Made by a program: the position numbers and the translations under genes. Of a stretch of 64,000 bases of DNA, positions 1 through 12,019 are shown in pieces. The DNA comes from an uncultured delta proteobacterium (lineage in GTDB: Bacteria; Myxococcota_A; Polyangia; Fen-1088). The notes under the pieces are model-generated. The model was not told where the DNA came from, made no database searches, and worked only from the letters and a program-made list of their open reading frames with translations. The stretch's first letter is position 1, and the number at the start of each line of letters is the position of its first letter. The stretch covers positions 32,001 through 96,000 of the forward strand of contig CAWCMR010000014.1 in the NCBI GenBank assembly GCA_963796685.1. Direction: 5' to 3'.

Positions 1-38
1 TTGTCGCTGGACGACGATCGCGCGTATCATCCTTTTCC

Positions 39-1499
39 ATGAACGGTGGGGGTCAAAGGCCGCCAGGATGGGACGCGGATGCGTCCGAGGGCGACCAATC
101 GAAGACCACCGTCGATGGCGCGCTCTTGGAAGGAGCCTATCGCGTCTTTCGGGTGGTCGGCGAGGGCGGGATGGGCACCGTGTACGAAGGGCTGCAGCTT
201 CGTTTGAACAAGCGCGTGGCCATCAAGGTCATGTCGCGCGAGCTTGCCGCCAATCCAGAGGCCTTGGCTCGTTTCCGCCGCGAGGCAGAGGTCACGAGCA
301 GCATTGGCCACCCCCACATCGTGCACGTCACTGACTTCGGCAGCACCCCGACTGGCGAGCCGTACATGGTCATGGAATTCCTCGACGGCGAGGACCTGGA
401 GGGGCGCCTTCGCCGGGTCGGACGCCTGCCGACCACGAGCGCGCTCCACGTGGTCAAGCAGGTCGCTTCTGCGCTGACCGCCACCCACGAGCAAGGCATT
501 GTCCACCGCGACCTCAAGCCTGCGAATATCTATCTGCTGAACGTGGCCGGCGAGGTAGACTTCGTGAAGGTCGTGGACTTTGGCATTTCCAAGGTTCGCG
601 CCGCAGTCACCAGGCTGACCCAAGCCTCGGTGGTGATGGGTTCGCCGCAGTATATGTCGCCCGAACAAGCCCTGGGACGGGTTGATGAAATCGACCTGCG
701 CACCGACGAGTGGGCTCTGGCCAGCATCACTTGGGAAATGCTTTCTGGCCGCTGTCCGTTCGCTGGCGAGGACGTGGCTAGTCTGCTGTACCAGGTCGTG
801 CACGAAAGCCCGCCCGCACTGGCCGCCGCGGTTCCTGGCCTTCACCCCGAAGTCGAAGATGTCCTACGCGTGGCCTTGGCGAAAGACCGCGAGGATCGCT
901 TCGCAAGCATCGGCGCTTTCACGCGAGCGCTGGAGAGCGCGATCTACGGCTCTATGCCCAACTACGAGCCAACGCCGCCGCCGCAGCCGTTGCCCTTCTC
1001 CAAGGACACGGTCAACTACGGCGCTACCGCAACCCAGACCGATGGTTTGTCGGCCTCGACCCGGTCCAATGCCCCAACACTTGGAAAACGAAAACTTTCA
1101 CTGACGACGTTTTCCCATGCAGTTGGCGAGTTGGCGCAGCGGCTGAGAATTCCGGTTCCACCGACAAACCGGACGATCGCCATTGCGGGCGGCTCGCTGT
1201 TCGTGATTCTGGTTGGCGCGTTCCTGCTCCTTCGCTCGGGTGGTCCCGCCAAAGAAAGCGCCGCCCGACCCGTCCGCATGCCCGCTCCCCACGTCTTGAT
1301 CACACCCACGCCTTCACCACCTGTTGCGCCTGTCCCGGCCGGTTCGCCCCAGGCTCCGGAGACCCGCGCGAAAATCAGACACTCCAAGCGCTCCGTCGAT
1401 CCCTCCGCGATCCCCGCTGGACCATTCGAGAAACCCAAGCCGGTTCCTGCCTCCCGGCGACGCCCGAAGGCGGAGCGCAGAATCATCACGGATATATAG
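39..1499 (+). CDS. Hanks-type Ser/Thr protein kinase with C-terminal TM segment and Pro-rich tail
   Basis: GEGGMGTVY glycine loop, VAIK, HRDLKPAN, VDFG, GSPQYMSPEQ; hydrophobic IAIAGGSLFVILVGAFLLL near the C-terminus. Confidence 0.95.
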   Translation: MNGGGQRPPGWDADASEGDQSKTTVDGALLEGAYRVFRVVGEGGMGTVYEGLQLRLNKRVAIKVMSRELAANPEALARFRREAEVTSSIGHPHIVHVTDFGSTPTGEPYMVMEFLDGEDLEGRLRRVGRLPTTSALHVVKQVASALTATHEQGIVHRDLKPANIYLLNVAGEVDFVKVVDFGISKVRAAVTRLTQASVVMGSPQYMSPEQALGRVDEIDLRTDEWALASITWEMLSGRCPFAGEDVASLLYQVVHESPPALAAAVPGLHPEVEDVLRVALAKDREDRFASIGAFTRALESAIYGSMPNYEPTPPPQPLPFSKDTVNYGATATQTDGLSASTRSNAPTLGKRKLSLTTFSHAVGELAQRLRIPVPPTNRTIAIAGGSLFVILVGAFLLLRSGGPAKESAARPVRMPAPHVLITPTPSPPVAPVPAGSPQAPETRAKIRHSKRSVDPSAIPAGPFEKPKPVPASRRRPKAERRIITDI

Positions 1500-1501
1500 C
1501 C

Positions 1502-2497
1502 ATGAACGCAGCCGCTATTCTCATCGCCGCCACGCTGGCCCAGACCTCACCCATGATCGCAGGTCCAGAGGCCAAATCCAAGGCCAAGGCCATGCTCAAT
1601 GAAGGCTCGGCTCTGTATCAGTCGGGGGACTACGCGAGCGCGCTGGAGAAGTTCAAGGAGGCGTACGCCACCTACGCCAGTCCGAAGATCTGGTTCAATA
1701 TCGGCCAGGCCAACCGGGATCTCGGCCGGTTCGACAGCGCCATGACGGCCTTCGAGAAGTTCCTCGTCAGTGCCCGGGACGCCTCGTCTGAGGCCATCGC
1801 CGACGCGCGAAAGGCCGTGGAGGAGCTCAGGCCGAAGCTCGGCCGGGTGCGGATCGAATGCCAGATACCAGGTGCCGAGGTGAATATCGACGGTAAAGTG
1901 GTCGGCAAGGCGCCTTTACTAGACCCGATCTGGGCGATGCCTGGGCGTCACCAGATCACGGCTCTGGCGGCAGGGGCGTCGCCCGAGGTGGAAACCGTCC
2001 ACGTAGCCGCGGGCACCGAAATCCTTGTCGACCTCAAATCGATTTCGTTGCTGAGGGCTGTTCCAGACGAAAGGCCCACTCTGGCTCCCCTCGAACCCGC
2101 ACCGTTCAAAGAGAATCCCTACGAAACCTTCACCGTGACTCAGCCCAAGGTCCACGCGCAGCCGGACGGCTGGTGGCTCGGCCGCAAGTGGACCTGGGTC
2201 GCGGCCGGATCGACGGTCGTCTTTGGCACTACTGCCGCAATTGCCGGCCTCATGATGCAATCGAAGTTCGACAGCCTGCGCAGCTCGTGCGGCCGTGCCA
2301 GCCCAAATCACCTCGGCTGCAGCCAAGGCGAAGTCGATTCCGTCAACTCGCGCAAGAACACCGCGAATGTTTCCTGGGGGCTGACCGCAGCCGCCGCCGT
2401 GACCACGGGAGTGCTCTTTTACCTTGAGGGGCGGCCGGTGACCGTGACTCCGATGGCCGGCGAGGTGAACGGGATGATCGCGCAGGTGAGGTACTGA
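1502..2497 (+). CDS. Secreted TPR + PEGA domain protein
   Basis: Signal-like N-terminus, TPR helices (GDYASALEKFKEAY...WFNIGQANRDLG), PEGA-like GAEVNIDGKVVG...PGRHQI, C-terminal hydrophobic segments; starts 2 bp after the kinase. Confidence 0.85.
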   Translation: MNAAAILIAATLAQTSPMIAGPEAKSKAKAMLNEGSALYQSGDYASALEKFKEAYATYASPKIWFNIGQANRDLGRFDSAMTAFEKFLVSARDASSEAIADARKAVEELRPKLGRVRIECQIPGAEVNIDGKVVGKAPLLDPIWAMPGRHQITALAAGASPEVETVHVAAGTEILVDLKSISLLRAVPDERPTLAPLEPAPFKENPYETFTVTQPKVHAQPDGWWLGRKWTWVAAGSTVVFGTTAAIAGLMMQSKFDSLRSSCGRASPNHLGCSQGEVDSVNSRKNTANVSWGLTAAAAVTTGVLFYLEGRPVTVTPMAGEVNGMIAQVRY

Positions 2498-2499
2498 CC

Positions 2500-3546
2500 A
2501 TGGAAATGCAATCTCGATTCATCTCGCGCGGTCAGAAAGCCGAAGCATTCCTTCTGGCTGCCGCAGCTATTCTCACAAGCTGCTCGTACGACCCCAATGA
2601 GCTGAAAGGCTATTCTGGGATCGATTCCGGTGCAGACATTGATGGTGCTTCCGGACATTGGGATAGCAGCAGCGATTTTGGGCCAGCGGTGATTGACGGC
2701 CGGTTCGATGCAGCAGGTGATTTGCCCGCGGACGCTGCCGTGGACTCCCAGCGGGATTCACCATTGCCTCCACCGCTGGATGGTACCATGGATGTTCCGA
2801 AGGACATGGTTTCGGACAGCGCCCTCGACGTGAGGCCTGATGCGGCGCCTGACGCTCCCGCGGATGGTGGCAACTTGCTATCGGGCCTGCTGGCCTACTA
2901 CAAGTGCGAAAGTGCTACCGGTACGACCCTGCCAGACTCCTCCGGCAGAGGCAACAACGGGACGTTGGCTGGATCGGGCTACGCCTTCACGGCGGGCAAG
3001 GTAGGGAAGGCACTGGTTCTCGCCAAGGCTAGCCAGGCCTACGTTTCCCTGCCACCGGCGGTGTTTGCGAACGCTGCGGACATCACCATTGCCACGTGGG
3101 TCAACGTCACGACGTCGCAGAATTCGGCAAGGGTGTTTGATGTCGGCATCAATGCCAACCTTCTGGCCGACATCTCAACGGGGACGAAGTACATGAACCT
3201 CGCATGGACCAGCACGAGTAGCGCCGCCTTCGCCATCACGAACAACGGATACAGCAATCAACAGTCGCTGACCGCGTCCACCCCCCCGACTGGTGTATGG
3301 AAGCACCTGGCGGTCGTATTGGCCGCTGGCGCGAGCACTCTGTACGTTGACGGTGTGGCCGCCAGCTCAAGCGCTGCGGTCACGCTGCGTCCCAAGGACC
3401 TGGGGGCCATCGATTACGCATTCGTTGGCAAGTCACAGTTTGGAGCGGATCCTTACTTCGATGGAATGATCGACGAGTTTCGCGTCTACAACCGTGCAAT
3501 GTCTGCCTCGGACATACAGGCCATCTACCAGTTCACTGGGCCATGA
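2500..3546 (+). CDS. Lipoprotein with Asp/Ala-rich linker and LamG/concanavalin A-like domain
   Basis: Lipobox-like LTSC, low-complexity DAAP linker, GLLAYYK, WKHLAVV, LYVDG, FDGMIDEFRVYNRAMS. Confidence 0.85.
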   Translation: MEMQSRFISRGQKAEAFLLAAAAILTSCSYDPNELKGYSGIDSGADIDGASGHWDSSSDFGPAVIDGRFDAAGDLPADAAVDSQRDSPLPPPLDGTMDVPKDMVSDSALDVRPDAAPDAPADGGNLLSGLLAYYKCESATGTTLPDSSGRGNNGTLAGSGYAFTAGKVGKALVLAKASQAYVSLPPAVFANAADITIATWVNVTTSQNSARVFDVGINANLLADISTGTKYMNLAWTSTSSAAFAITNNGYSNQQSLTASTPPTGVWKHLAVVLAAGASTLYVDGVAASSSAAVTLRPKDLGAIDYAFVGKSQFGADPYFDGMIDEFRVYNRAMSASDIQAIYQFTGP

Positions 3547-3571
3547 CCGCCCGTGGAGGTCGAATGTAACC

Positions 3572-3900
3572 ATGAATGTGGAAATGCTTCGGAGGGGCCA
3601 GCATTCCCTTGTGCGACTTCGACCGATGGCCCGGCTTGACGACGACGCGATGTCTACACTGCCGGATGACGACTGGAGGATAGACACCGTCGATCGGACC
3701 AACGGCCTCGAAATCACACGTGCCAATCGCTGACACTCGGGCTTGATGCGGTAAGTCGCTATGATACTGACCCGGCCAGCGATCGATTCAGGGAAGCCAA
3801 ACACGGGTTTCTTCATCTGCACGCGCAGGTATTCATCAGGAAGGATGGTTTCGCATACATAGAACGGCAGAAGCCTCCGAACATCGGTCATAATTCCTAG
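3572..3900 (+). pseudogene. Small hypothetical gene split by a frameshift near 3725
   Basis: GGAGGT RBS at 3555 and ATG at 3572 give MNVEMLRR...LEITRANR-stop; another frame continues LTLGLDAVSRYDTDP...HGFLHLHAQVFI...HNS to TAG at 3900. Confidence 0.45.
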
Positions 3901-3924
3901 GCTGATCCCTGCGGCCGCGCGGAG

Positions 3925-3950
3925 TTGACTTAGTCCACGATCTAGTCCAC
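3925..3950 (+). promoter_or_regulatory. Putative TA-operon promoter/operator
   Basis: TTGACT (-35-like) followed by direct repeat TAGTCCAC at 3931 and 3943, just upstream of the antitoxin. Confidence 0.5.
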
Positions 3951-3960
3951 CTTGAAAGGT

Positions 3961-4206
3961 GTGAAGTCAGTCAATGTTCATGAGGCAAAGACGCATTTCT
4001 CCCGGCTGCTGGCCAAGGTCGAGCGGGGAGGGGAGGTTGTCATCGCGCGTGCGGGCAAGCCGGTGGCCAGGCTGGTGGCGATCGAGCTTCCGGCAACCTT
4101 GCCTACCCTGGGCGCAGACGTCGGCGCCTTCGTGGTCCCTGCCGACTTCGACGCGCCCTTGCCCGCCGACCTGCTGGACGCCTTCGAGGGTGGCGCCCGG
4201 CGATGA
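3961..4206 (+). CDS. Phd/YefM family antitoxin
   Basis: VNVHEAKTHFSRLLAKVERGGEVVIARAGKPVARLV; start GTG 3961 (alternative TTG 3952). Confidence 0.93.
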   Translation: MKSVNVHEAKTHFSRLLAKVERGGEVVIARAGKPVARLVAIELPATLPTLGADVGAFVVPADFDAPLPADLLDAFEGGARR

Positions 4207-4592
4207 AGCTGCTCATCGATACGCAATGCTGGCTGTGGATGAACGCTAGCCCCGAGAAGTTATCGCGCCGGACTCACGGCCTGCTGATGGAGCCGGGCAC
4301 GGAGCGATGGCTGTCCGTTGCAAGCATCTGGGAGATCGGCATCAAGTACCACCTTGGGAAGCTACCTTTGCCGGTCGCGCCCGCCGACTATGTCCCCTCC
4401 CGCATGGTTCTGACCAAGACCTCGGCGCTGGCGATCATCGGCTCCCACGCCCTGCGCGCCAGCAGCCTGCCGGCATTGCATCGCGACCCCTTCGACAGGA
4501 TGATCGTCGCGCAGGCGCTGGTGGAAGGTGTCCCTGTGCTCAGCTCCGACGCCCAGCTTGACGCCTACGGCATCCGACGCCTGGCCCCGTGA
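4203..4592 (+). CDS. vapC: VapC (PIN domain) toxin
   Basis: LLIDT, SVASIWEIGIK, HRDPFDRMIVAQA, LSSD; ATGA overlap with the antitoxin. Confidence 0.93.
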   Translation: MKLLIDTQCWLWMNASPEKLSRRTHGLLMEPGTERWLSVASIWEIGIKYHLGKLPLPVAPADYVPSRMVLTKTSALAIIGSHALRASSLPALHRDPFDRMIVAQALVEGVPVLSSDAQLDAYGIRRLAP

Positions 4593-4623
4593 CCACCAGC
4601 GTGTCGCTGTCGACCGTGCCTGA

Positions 4624-8187
<3,564 letters not shown>

Positions 8188-8301
8188 GGACGGCTGCGCA
8201 GCTTACCAACCTCGGCGGATTCACGTCGCGTTAGAGTGAGTCTTCGTTGACCACCCAACGCATGCGGGCTAAGGTGGCCACCTGACCGAGGAGGAGCCCA
8301 C

Positions 8302-8697
8302 ATGAAATACGTCTATCGGCTGATGGCGACGGTGTTCGTCTTAGGATTGTTGGCATCCTGCGATGAGAGCGGGAAGCTTCGCGTGGATCGTGTCGAGCCT
8401 CCCGAGGGCATCAGCGCGGGTGGCGATCACGTGAATATCATCGGCGCCGGTTTTCAGCCTGGCAAGACGCAGGCCCGGGTGATGTTCGGCAAGCACGTCT
8501 GCGAGCAGGTGGTCATCTCGTCCACCAACAAGATCAGCGTCGTGACCCCGAACGGCGACAAGGGCCCTGTCGACATCACCATCGACTTCGACAACGGCTC
8601 TCGCTACAAGATTCCGAACGGCTTCCGCTACGTAGAGCCCAAGCAGACGGGCGATATGCGCAAGGCCTTCTTCGGCAAGCCCCAAGAAAAGAAGTAA
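8302..8697 (+). CDS. Lipoprotein with IPT/TIG domain
   Basis: GAGGAG RBS, lipobox LLASC, VEPPEGISAGGDHVNIIGAGF...GFRY. Confidence 0.8.
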   Translation: MKYVYRLMATVFVLGLLASCDESGKLRVDRVEPPEGISAGGDHVNIIGAGFQPGKTQARVMFGKHVCEQVVISSTNKISVVTPNGDKGPVDITIDFDNGSRYKIPNGFRYVEPKQTGDMRKAFFGKPQEKK

Positions 8698-8729
8698 CCG
8701 CGAAAGCGGGGTGTACACACGCCGAATGC

Positions 8730-8766
8730 AAACGCCGGTCGGGGATAACCCGAGCCGGCGTTTTTG
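8730..8766 (+). terminator. Rho-independent terminator
   Basis: aaacgccgg-tcggg/gataa/cccga-gccggcgttttt hairpin with T-tract after the IPT gene. Confidence 0.7.
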
Positions 8767-8814
8767 CGTCGAAGGGAGGGACGCGGGCGAGGGTGCGGCT
8801 CGGTTATCATTGCC

Positions 8815-8910
8815 GTCGGCCACGGCCACGGTAAGCCGTCTACGTCCACGACCACCCGTCATCGTTCCGATTGGGTGCGTGTATCCGTCGTGGTAAGGGC
8901 GCGTGCCTAT
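8815..8910. repeat. Degenerate GGCCAC/CACGAC hexamer-type intergenic repeat
   Basis: ggccacggccacgg...tctacgtccacgaccacc, with a loosely complementary arm at 8875-8907; resembles 21925-21975. Confidence 0.35.
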
Positions 8911-10367
8911 TTATACGCGACGCGGAAGAGCTGCTGGCCCATCAGCATCAGGCTGCCAGAGGGAACGATCCGGCTCTCGCGCACGCGTAGGAAGGTCCCA
9001 TTCGACGAGCCGAGATCCTTCAAGTGAACGCGGCCGTCACGCACCGAAAGCTGGCAGTGCGCACCCGAGACATAGCCGTCCTCGGGGAACAAGATGTCTC
9101 CGCGCTCGCGACCCAGCTGGGCCGTCTCGTCGAAGAGCGGGAAGGCTGGCCCGTCGAGATCGCGACCCACCACCACGGATAGCCGTCCCCAGTATCCGGG
9201 GTTGGGCGTGCCGATGATCTCGGTTCCATCCTCGAGCGGGGTCAGGGGATTGATGGCATCGAAACGCAACAGCTCTTGACCGATACGGAAGCAGTCGCCG
9301 GATTCCAGCGACTCTTCTTCGGTAATGCGGACGAAGACGCCGTTGAGGCTGCGGTGATCGCGTACTTCCAGCCCGCCTTCGCTGAGGAAGAACTCGGCGT
9401 GCTTGGGCGACAAGTAGGGGTCGGCATCGAAAAGCGCGCCATGCCCGCGACCGATGATGTTTTCTCCTTCTTGCAGGGCGAACACTCCGCCTTCGGTGCC
9501 GTCGGGGCGGATCAAGGTCAGGTGACCGCGTGGTCCCACCCGTGCGGGCGCGGGCGCGACGGCGTCGGCACGCTGGATGGCGGCTTCGGCGATGGCGCCA
9601 GGCGCGCCTTTCATGCGATGGCCGCAACCACCGCAGAAGGCGAACGCGGATGCCACCTGCTTGCCACAGTTCGGGCAGGCGATGGTCTCGACCGCGGGCG
9701 GGGAAAACGGAGACGCATGATGGGGCGATGGCGCAGTCGGAACCACGGAATGGGGCATCTGCGGGGAGGGTGCCACGGCGGCGGGTTGAACCACCGGCCG
9801 GGGCATTTGCGCGGGCGGGGCCGCGGTGGCAGGCACGGCCGTGACCGGTCTGGGACCGGGGGCGGGAACGGCTGCGGCCGGTGAACCGCCGAATGGGCTC
9901 TGCCGCACTGGAACCTGCATCGGAACCGACCCGATACCTATCTGGACCGATGGCCCGGAGGTCGGCGACCCGGCGGCTGGCATGCGCGGGCTGGTGGAAG
10001 GCGCCCCTGCAGGCGAAGCCGCGGGCTGAGACGCAACCACAGGAGGTGGTGTGGCCATCGGGTCATGCGTCGGGCCAGACCCGGGCGAGGGTGGCAGAAC
10101 CGAGGTCGGCATGATGGTTGGCCCCACGGCGGAGAAGGACTCGGGCGGTGGCGGCACCGCTGTCTTCGCCACGTTGGAGGGCACCGCCACCTTCGCCACG
10201 CTGGGCGCCACCGGGGCGGGCTCGGGCGGGGGCGTGGGCGGGTACATGTCCGGGGGTGGAACGGGCTTGGGCGCTGGTGCGGCCCCGGCTTGGAGCTTGG
10301 CCCCACACCCAAGACAGAACTTGTAGAGATCCTGGTTTTCTTTACCGCAACGAGAACAGGTGATCAC
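8907..10367 (-). CDS. Zinc-ribbon + Pro-rich linker + tandem FHA domain protein
   Basis: CSRC...FCLGCG and CPNC...FCGGCG ribbons; two FHA units with GR, SxxH and NG motifs; GTG start at 10367 preceded by GGAGG. Confidence 0.88.
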   Translation of the reverse strand: MITCSRCGKENQDLYKFCLGCGAKLQAGAAPAPKPVPPPDMYPPTPPPEPAPVAPSVAKVAVPSNVAKTAVPPPPESFSAVGPTIMPTSVLPPSPGSGPTHDPMATPPPVVASQPAASPAGAPSTSPRMPAAGSPTSGPSVQIGIGSVPMQVPVRQSPFGGSPAAAVPAPGPRPVTAVPATAAPPAQMPRPVVQPAAVAPSPQMPHSVVPTAPSPHHASPFSPPAVETIACPNCGKQVASAFAFCGGCGHRMKGAPGAIAEAAIQRADAVAPAPARVGPRGHLTLIRPDGTEGGVFALQEGENIIGRGHGALFDADPYLSPKHAEFFLSEGGLEVRDHRSLNGVFVRITEEESLESGDCFRIGQELLRFDAINPLTPLEDGTEIIGTPNPGYWGRLSVVVGRDLDGPAFPLFDETAQLGRERGDILFPEDGYVSGAHCQLSVRDGRVHLKDLGSSNGTFLRVRESRIVPSGSLMLMGQQLFRVAYK

Positions 10368-10422
10368 GACAGACCCTCCGCGCGAATCGTTGGTGTTGTC
10401 TTTGACATCGAGCGCTTCCTTC

Positions 10423-11364
10423 CTAGGTGATTTCGACGCGGAAGAGCTGCTGCCCGACGAAAACGTAGTCGCCATGCGCGAGCGGAGTCTCGCCGACGAT
10501 GCGCACGAAGGTGCCATTCTTGGAACCCTGGTCGACGATGGTGAAGGCGCCGTCCGGGCCGATGCTGACCTCGGCGTGCCTGCCCGAGATGAAGGGGTCG
10601 TCGGGAAAGTTCACGTCGTTGCCCTCGCGGCCGAGGGTGATGCTGTCGCCGCGGGCACGCACGATGAGACCGATGTCGCCACCGCGCAGGCGCTGGATGA
10701 GGCGCATCTTCGAGGCGCGCTTGGGGCTGGCGTAGAAGTAGGTACCCTCGGCGTCGGGCTGCGGACCGAAGTCCGGCGCCAGGGCCTCGATTTGGAGAAG
10801 CTGCTCGCCCACCAGGAATGCGGCACCCGATTCGAGCCGGGCCGGGCTGTGGATGCGGATGAAGACCCCGTTGGTCGATCCTTCGTCATTCACGAACAGC
10901 TTACCTTCGCGGTACACGAAGTTGGCGTGACGAGGGGAGAGCAGGGGATCGTCGGGGAAAAGGATGGCGCCTTCCGTGCGGCCCACCACGTGATCGTTTC
11001 CGCTCAGCTGGTAGGCCAGGCCGTCGCCGGTATCGGCCTTGACCAGGACCAGCTTCGCCATGCCCGACATCTGGACGCCCGAGAAGAACATGGTTTTCCC
11101 CGCGCCTCCCCCAGCGGGCGCGGGTGCGGGACCGTCCATGCGTGTGCCACACTGGCCACAGAAGCGGTCGGTTTCAGGGACGTGGTTTCCACAGCTTGGA
11201 CAGGTCTTGGTGGGCATGGACTCCTCCGGACGAGAGGCGGGCTGACTCGCGGCTGGCAAAGGGGATGGCGCTGGCTCGCCGAGGGGCACCTCGCAGAGAG
11301 GGCACCGGCTCGCGTCGAGGCCGGTCAGTGCATCGCAGCGGGGACAAACCAAGCCGACGGGCAT
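10423..11364 (-). CDS. Double zinc-ribbon + tandem FHA domain protein
   Basis: CPRC...CPLC and CPSC...FCGQCG; FHA units VVGR..SPRH..STNG and LGRE..SGRH..SKNG. Confidence 0.88.
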   Translation of the reverse strand: MPVGLVCPRCDALTGLDASRCPLCEVPLGEPAPSPLPAASQPASRPEESMPTKTCPSCGNHVPETDRFCGQCGTRMDGPAPAPAGGGAGKTMFFSGVQMSGMAKLVLVKADTGDGLAYQLSGNDHVVGRTEGAILFPDDPLLSPRHANFVYREGKLFVNDEGSTNGVFIRIHSPARLESGAAFLVGEQLLQIEALAPDFGPQPDAEGTYFYASPKRASKMRLIQRLRGGDIGLIVRARGDSITLGREGNDVNFPDDPFISGRHAEVSIGPDGAFTIVDQGSKNGTFVRIVGETPLAHGDYVFVGQQLFRVEIT

Positions 11365-11481
11365 ACTAATGACGCAATCTTGCCCTTGTCGCAACGTCTG
11401 TCAAGCACGCAGCTGAACATACATGACATCCTGGCGCAGTTTTTTTCGGCCGCGCCGCTCTCCCGCCTCGTCGGAACACGT

Positions 11482-11745
11482 CTAGGGTGTGCCCTTGTAG
11501 CGCTGGCGGAGAAAGTCACGGACTTCCCCTCGCACCCGTTCGGGCATTTCCACGGAGAGGGCATCGCGTGAGATGGCCGGCGTCTTCTTGTACGTGTGAA
11601 AGAACTTGACGCACTCCGGACAGTAAGCCAGATGGCCGTCGAAGCTCTCTCTCTCCTCGGCCGGAAGACTGCCGCTCAAGTAGTCCATGCAATAGTCGAC
11701 CAGCTGCTGGCAACTAATCCCGATGACTCTCTCGTAGGGCTTCAC
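11482..11745 (-). CDS. Small zf-HC2 (ZAS) anti-sigma-like protein
   Basis: ISCQQLVDYCMDYLSGSL...FDGHLAYCPEC (HxxxCxxC); no TM segment; start uncertain. Confidence 0.8.
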   Translation of the reverse strand: MKPYERVIGISCQQLVDYCMDYLSGSLPAEERESFDGHLAYCPECVKFFHTYKKTPAISRDALSVEMPERVRGEVRDFLRQRYKGTP

Positions 11746-12019
11746 GACTCGGCGTCCTTCGTTGCTCGAAACACTATACCTGAAGATGCACTTCGCATAG
11801 AACATGGTTCACGTTTCTCGGCGGAAAATGCAGGACCGGTGGCGTTCGTCCTGCCCGCCGGGTGGGTGCGGGGTCGCCAAAAGTGCGCAAATGTGCGAAA
11901 GAGTCCGTCGGAAATTGCACGCGACTCTGTCTGGACCGCGACCGCTGTTCCACGGAAACCACGATTCGCAACGGAAATGGCGGTCAGGGCAGGCGCGCGG
12001 GAGAAGCTAGGAACAGGTC

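Noticed and set aside
3572-4592. Prophage or integrative element boundary at the TA locus
   Set aside because: No integrase, att-like repeat, tRNA or phage gene is visible
11746-12019. Riboswitch, ncRNA or sigma54 promoter in this and other intergenic gaps (42357-42492, 53432-53638)
   Set aside because: No recognisable consensus by eye; an Infernal/Rfam scan would be needed
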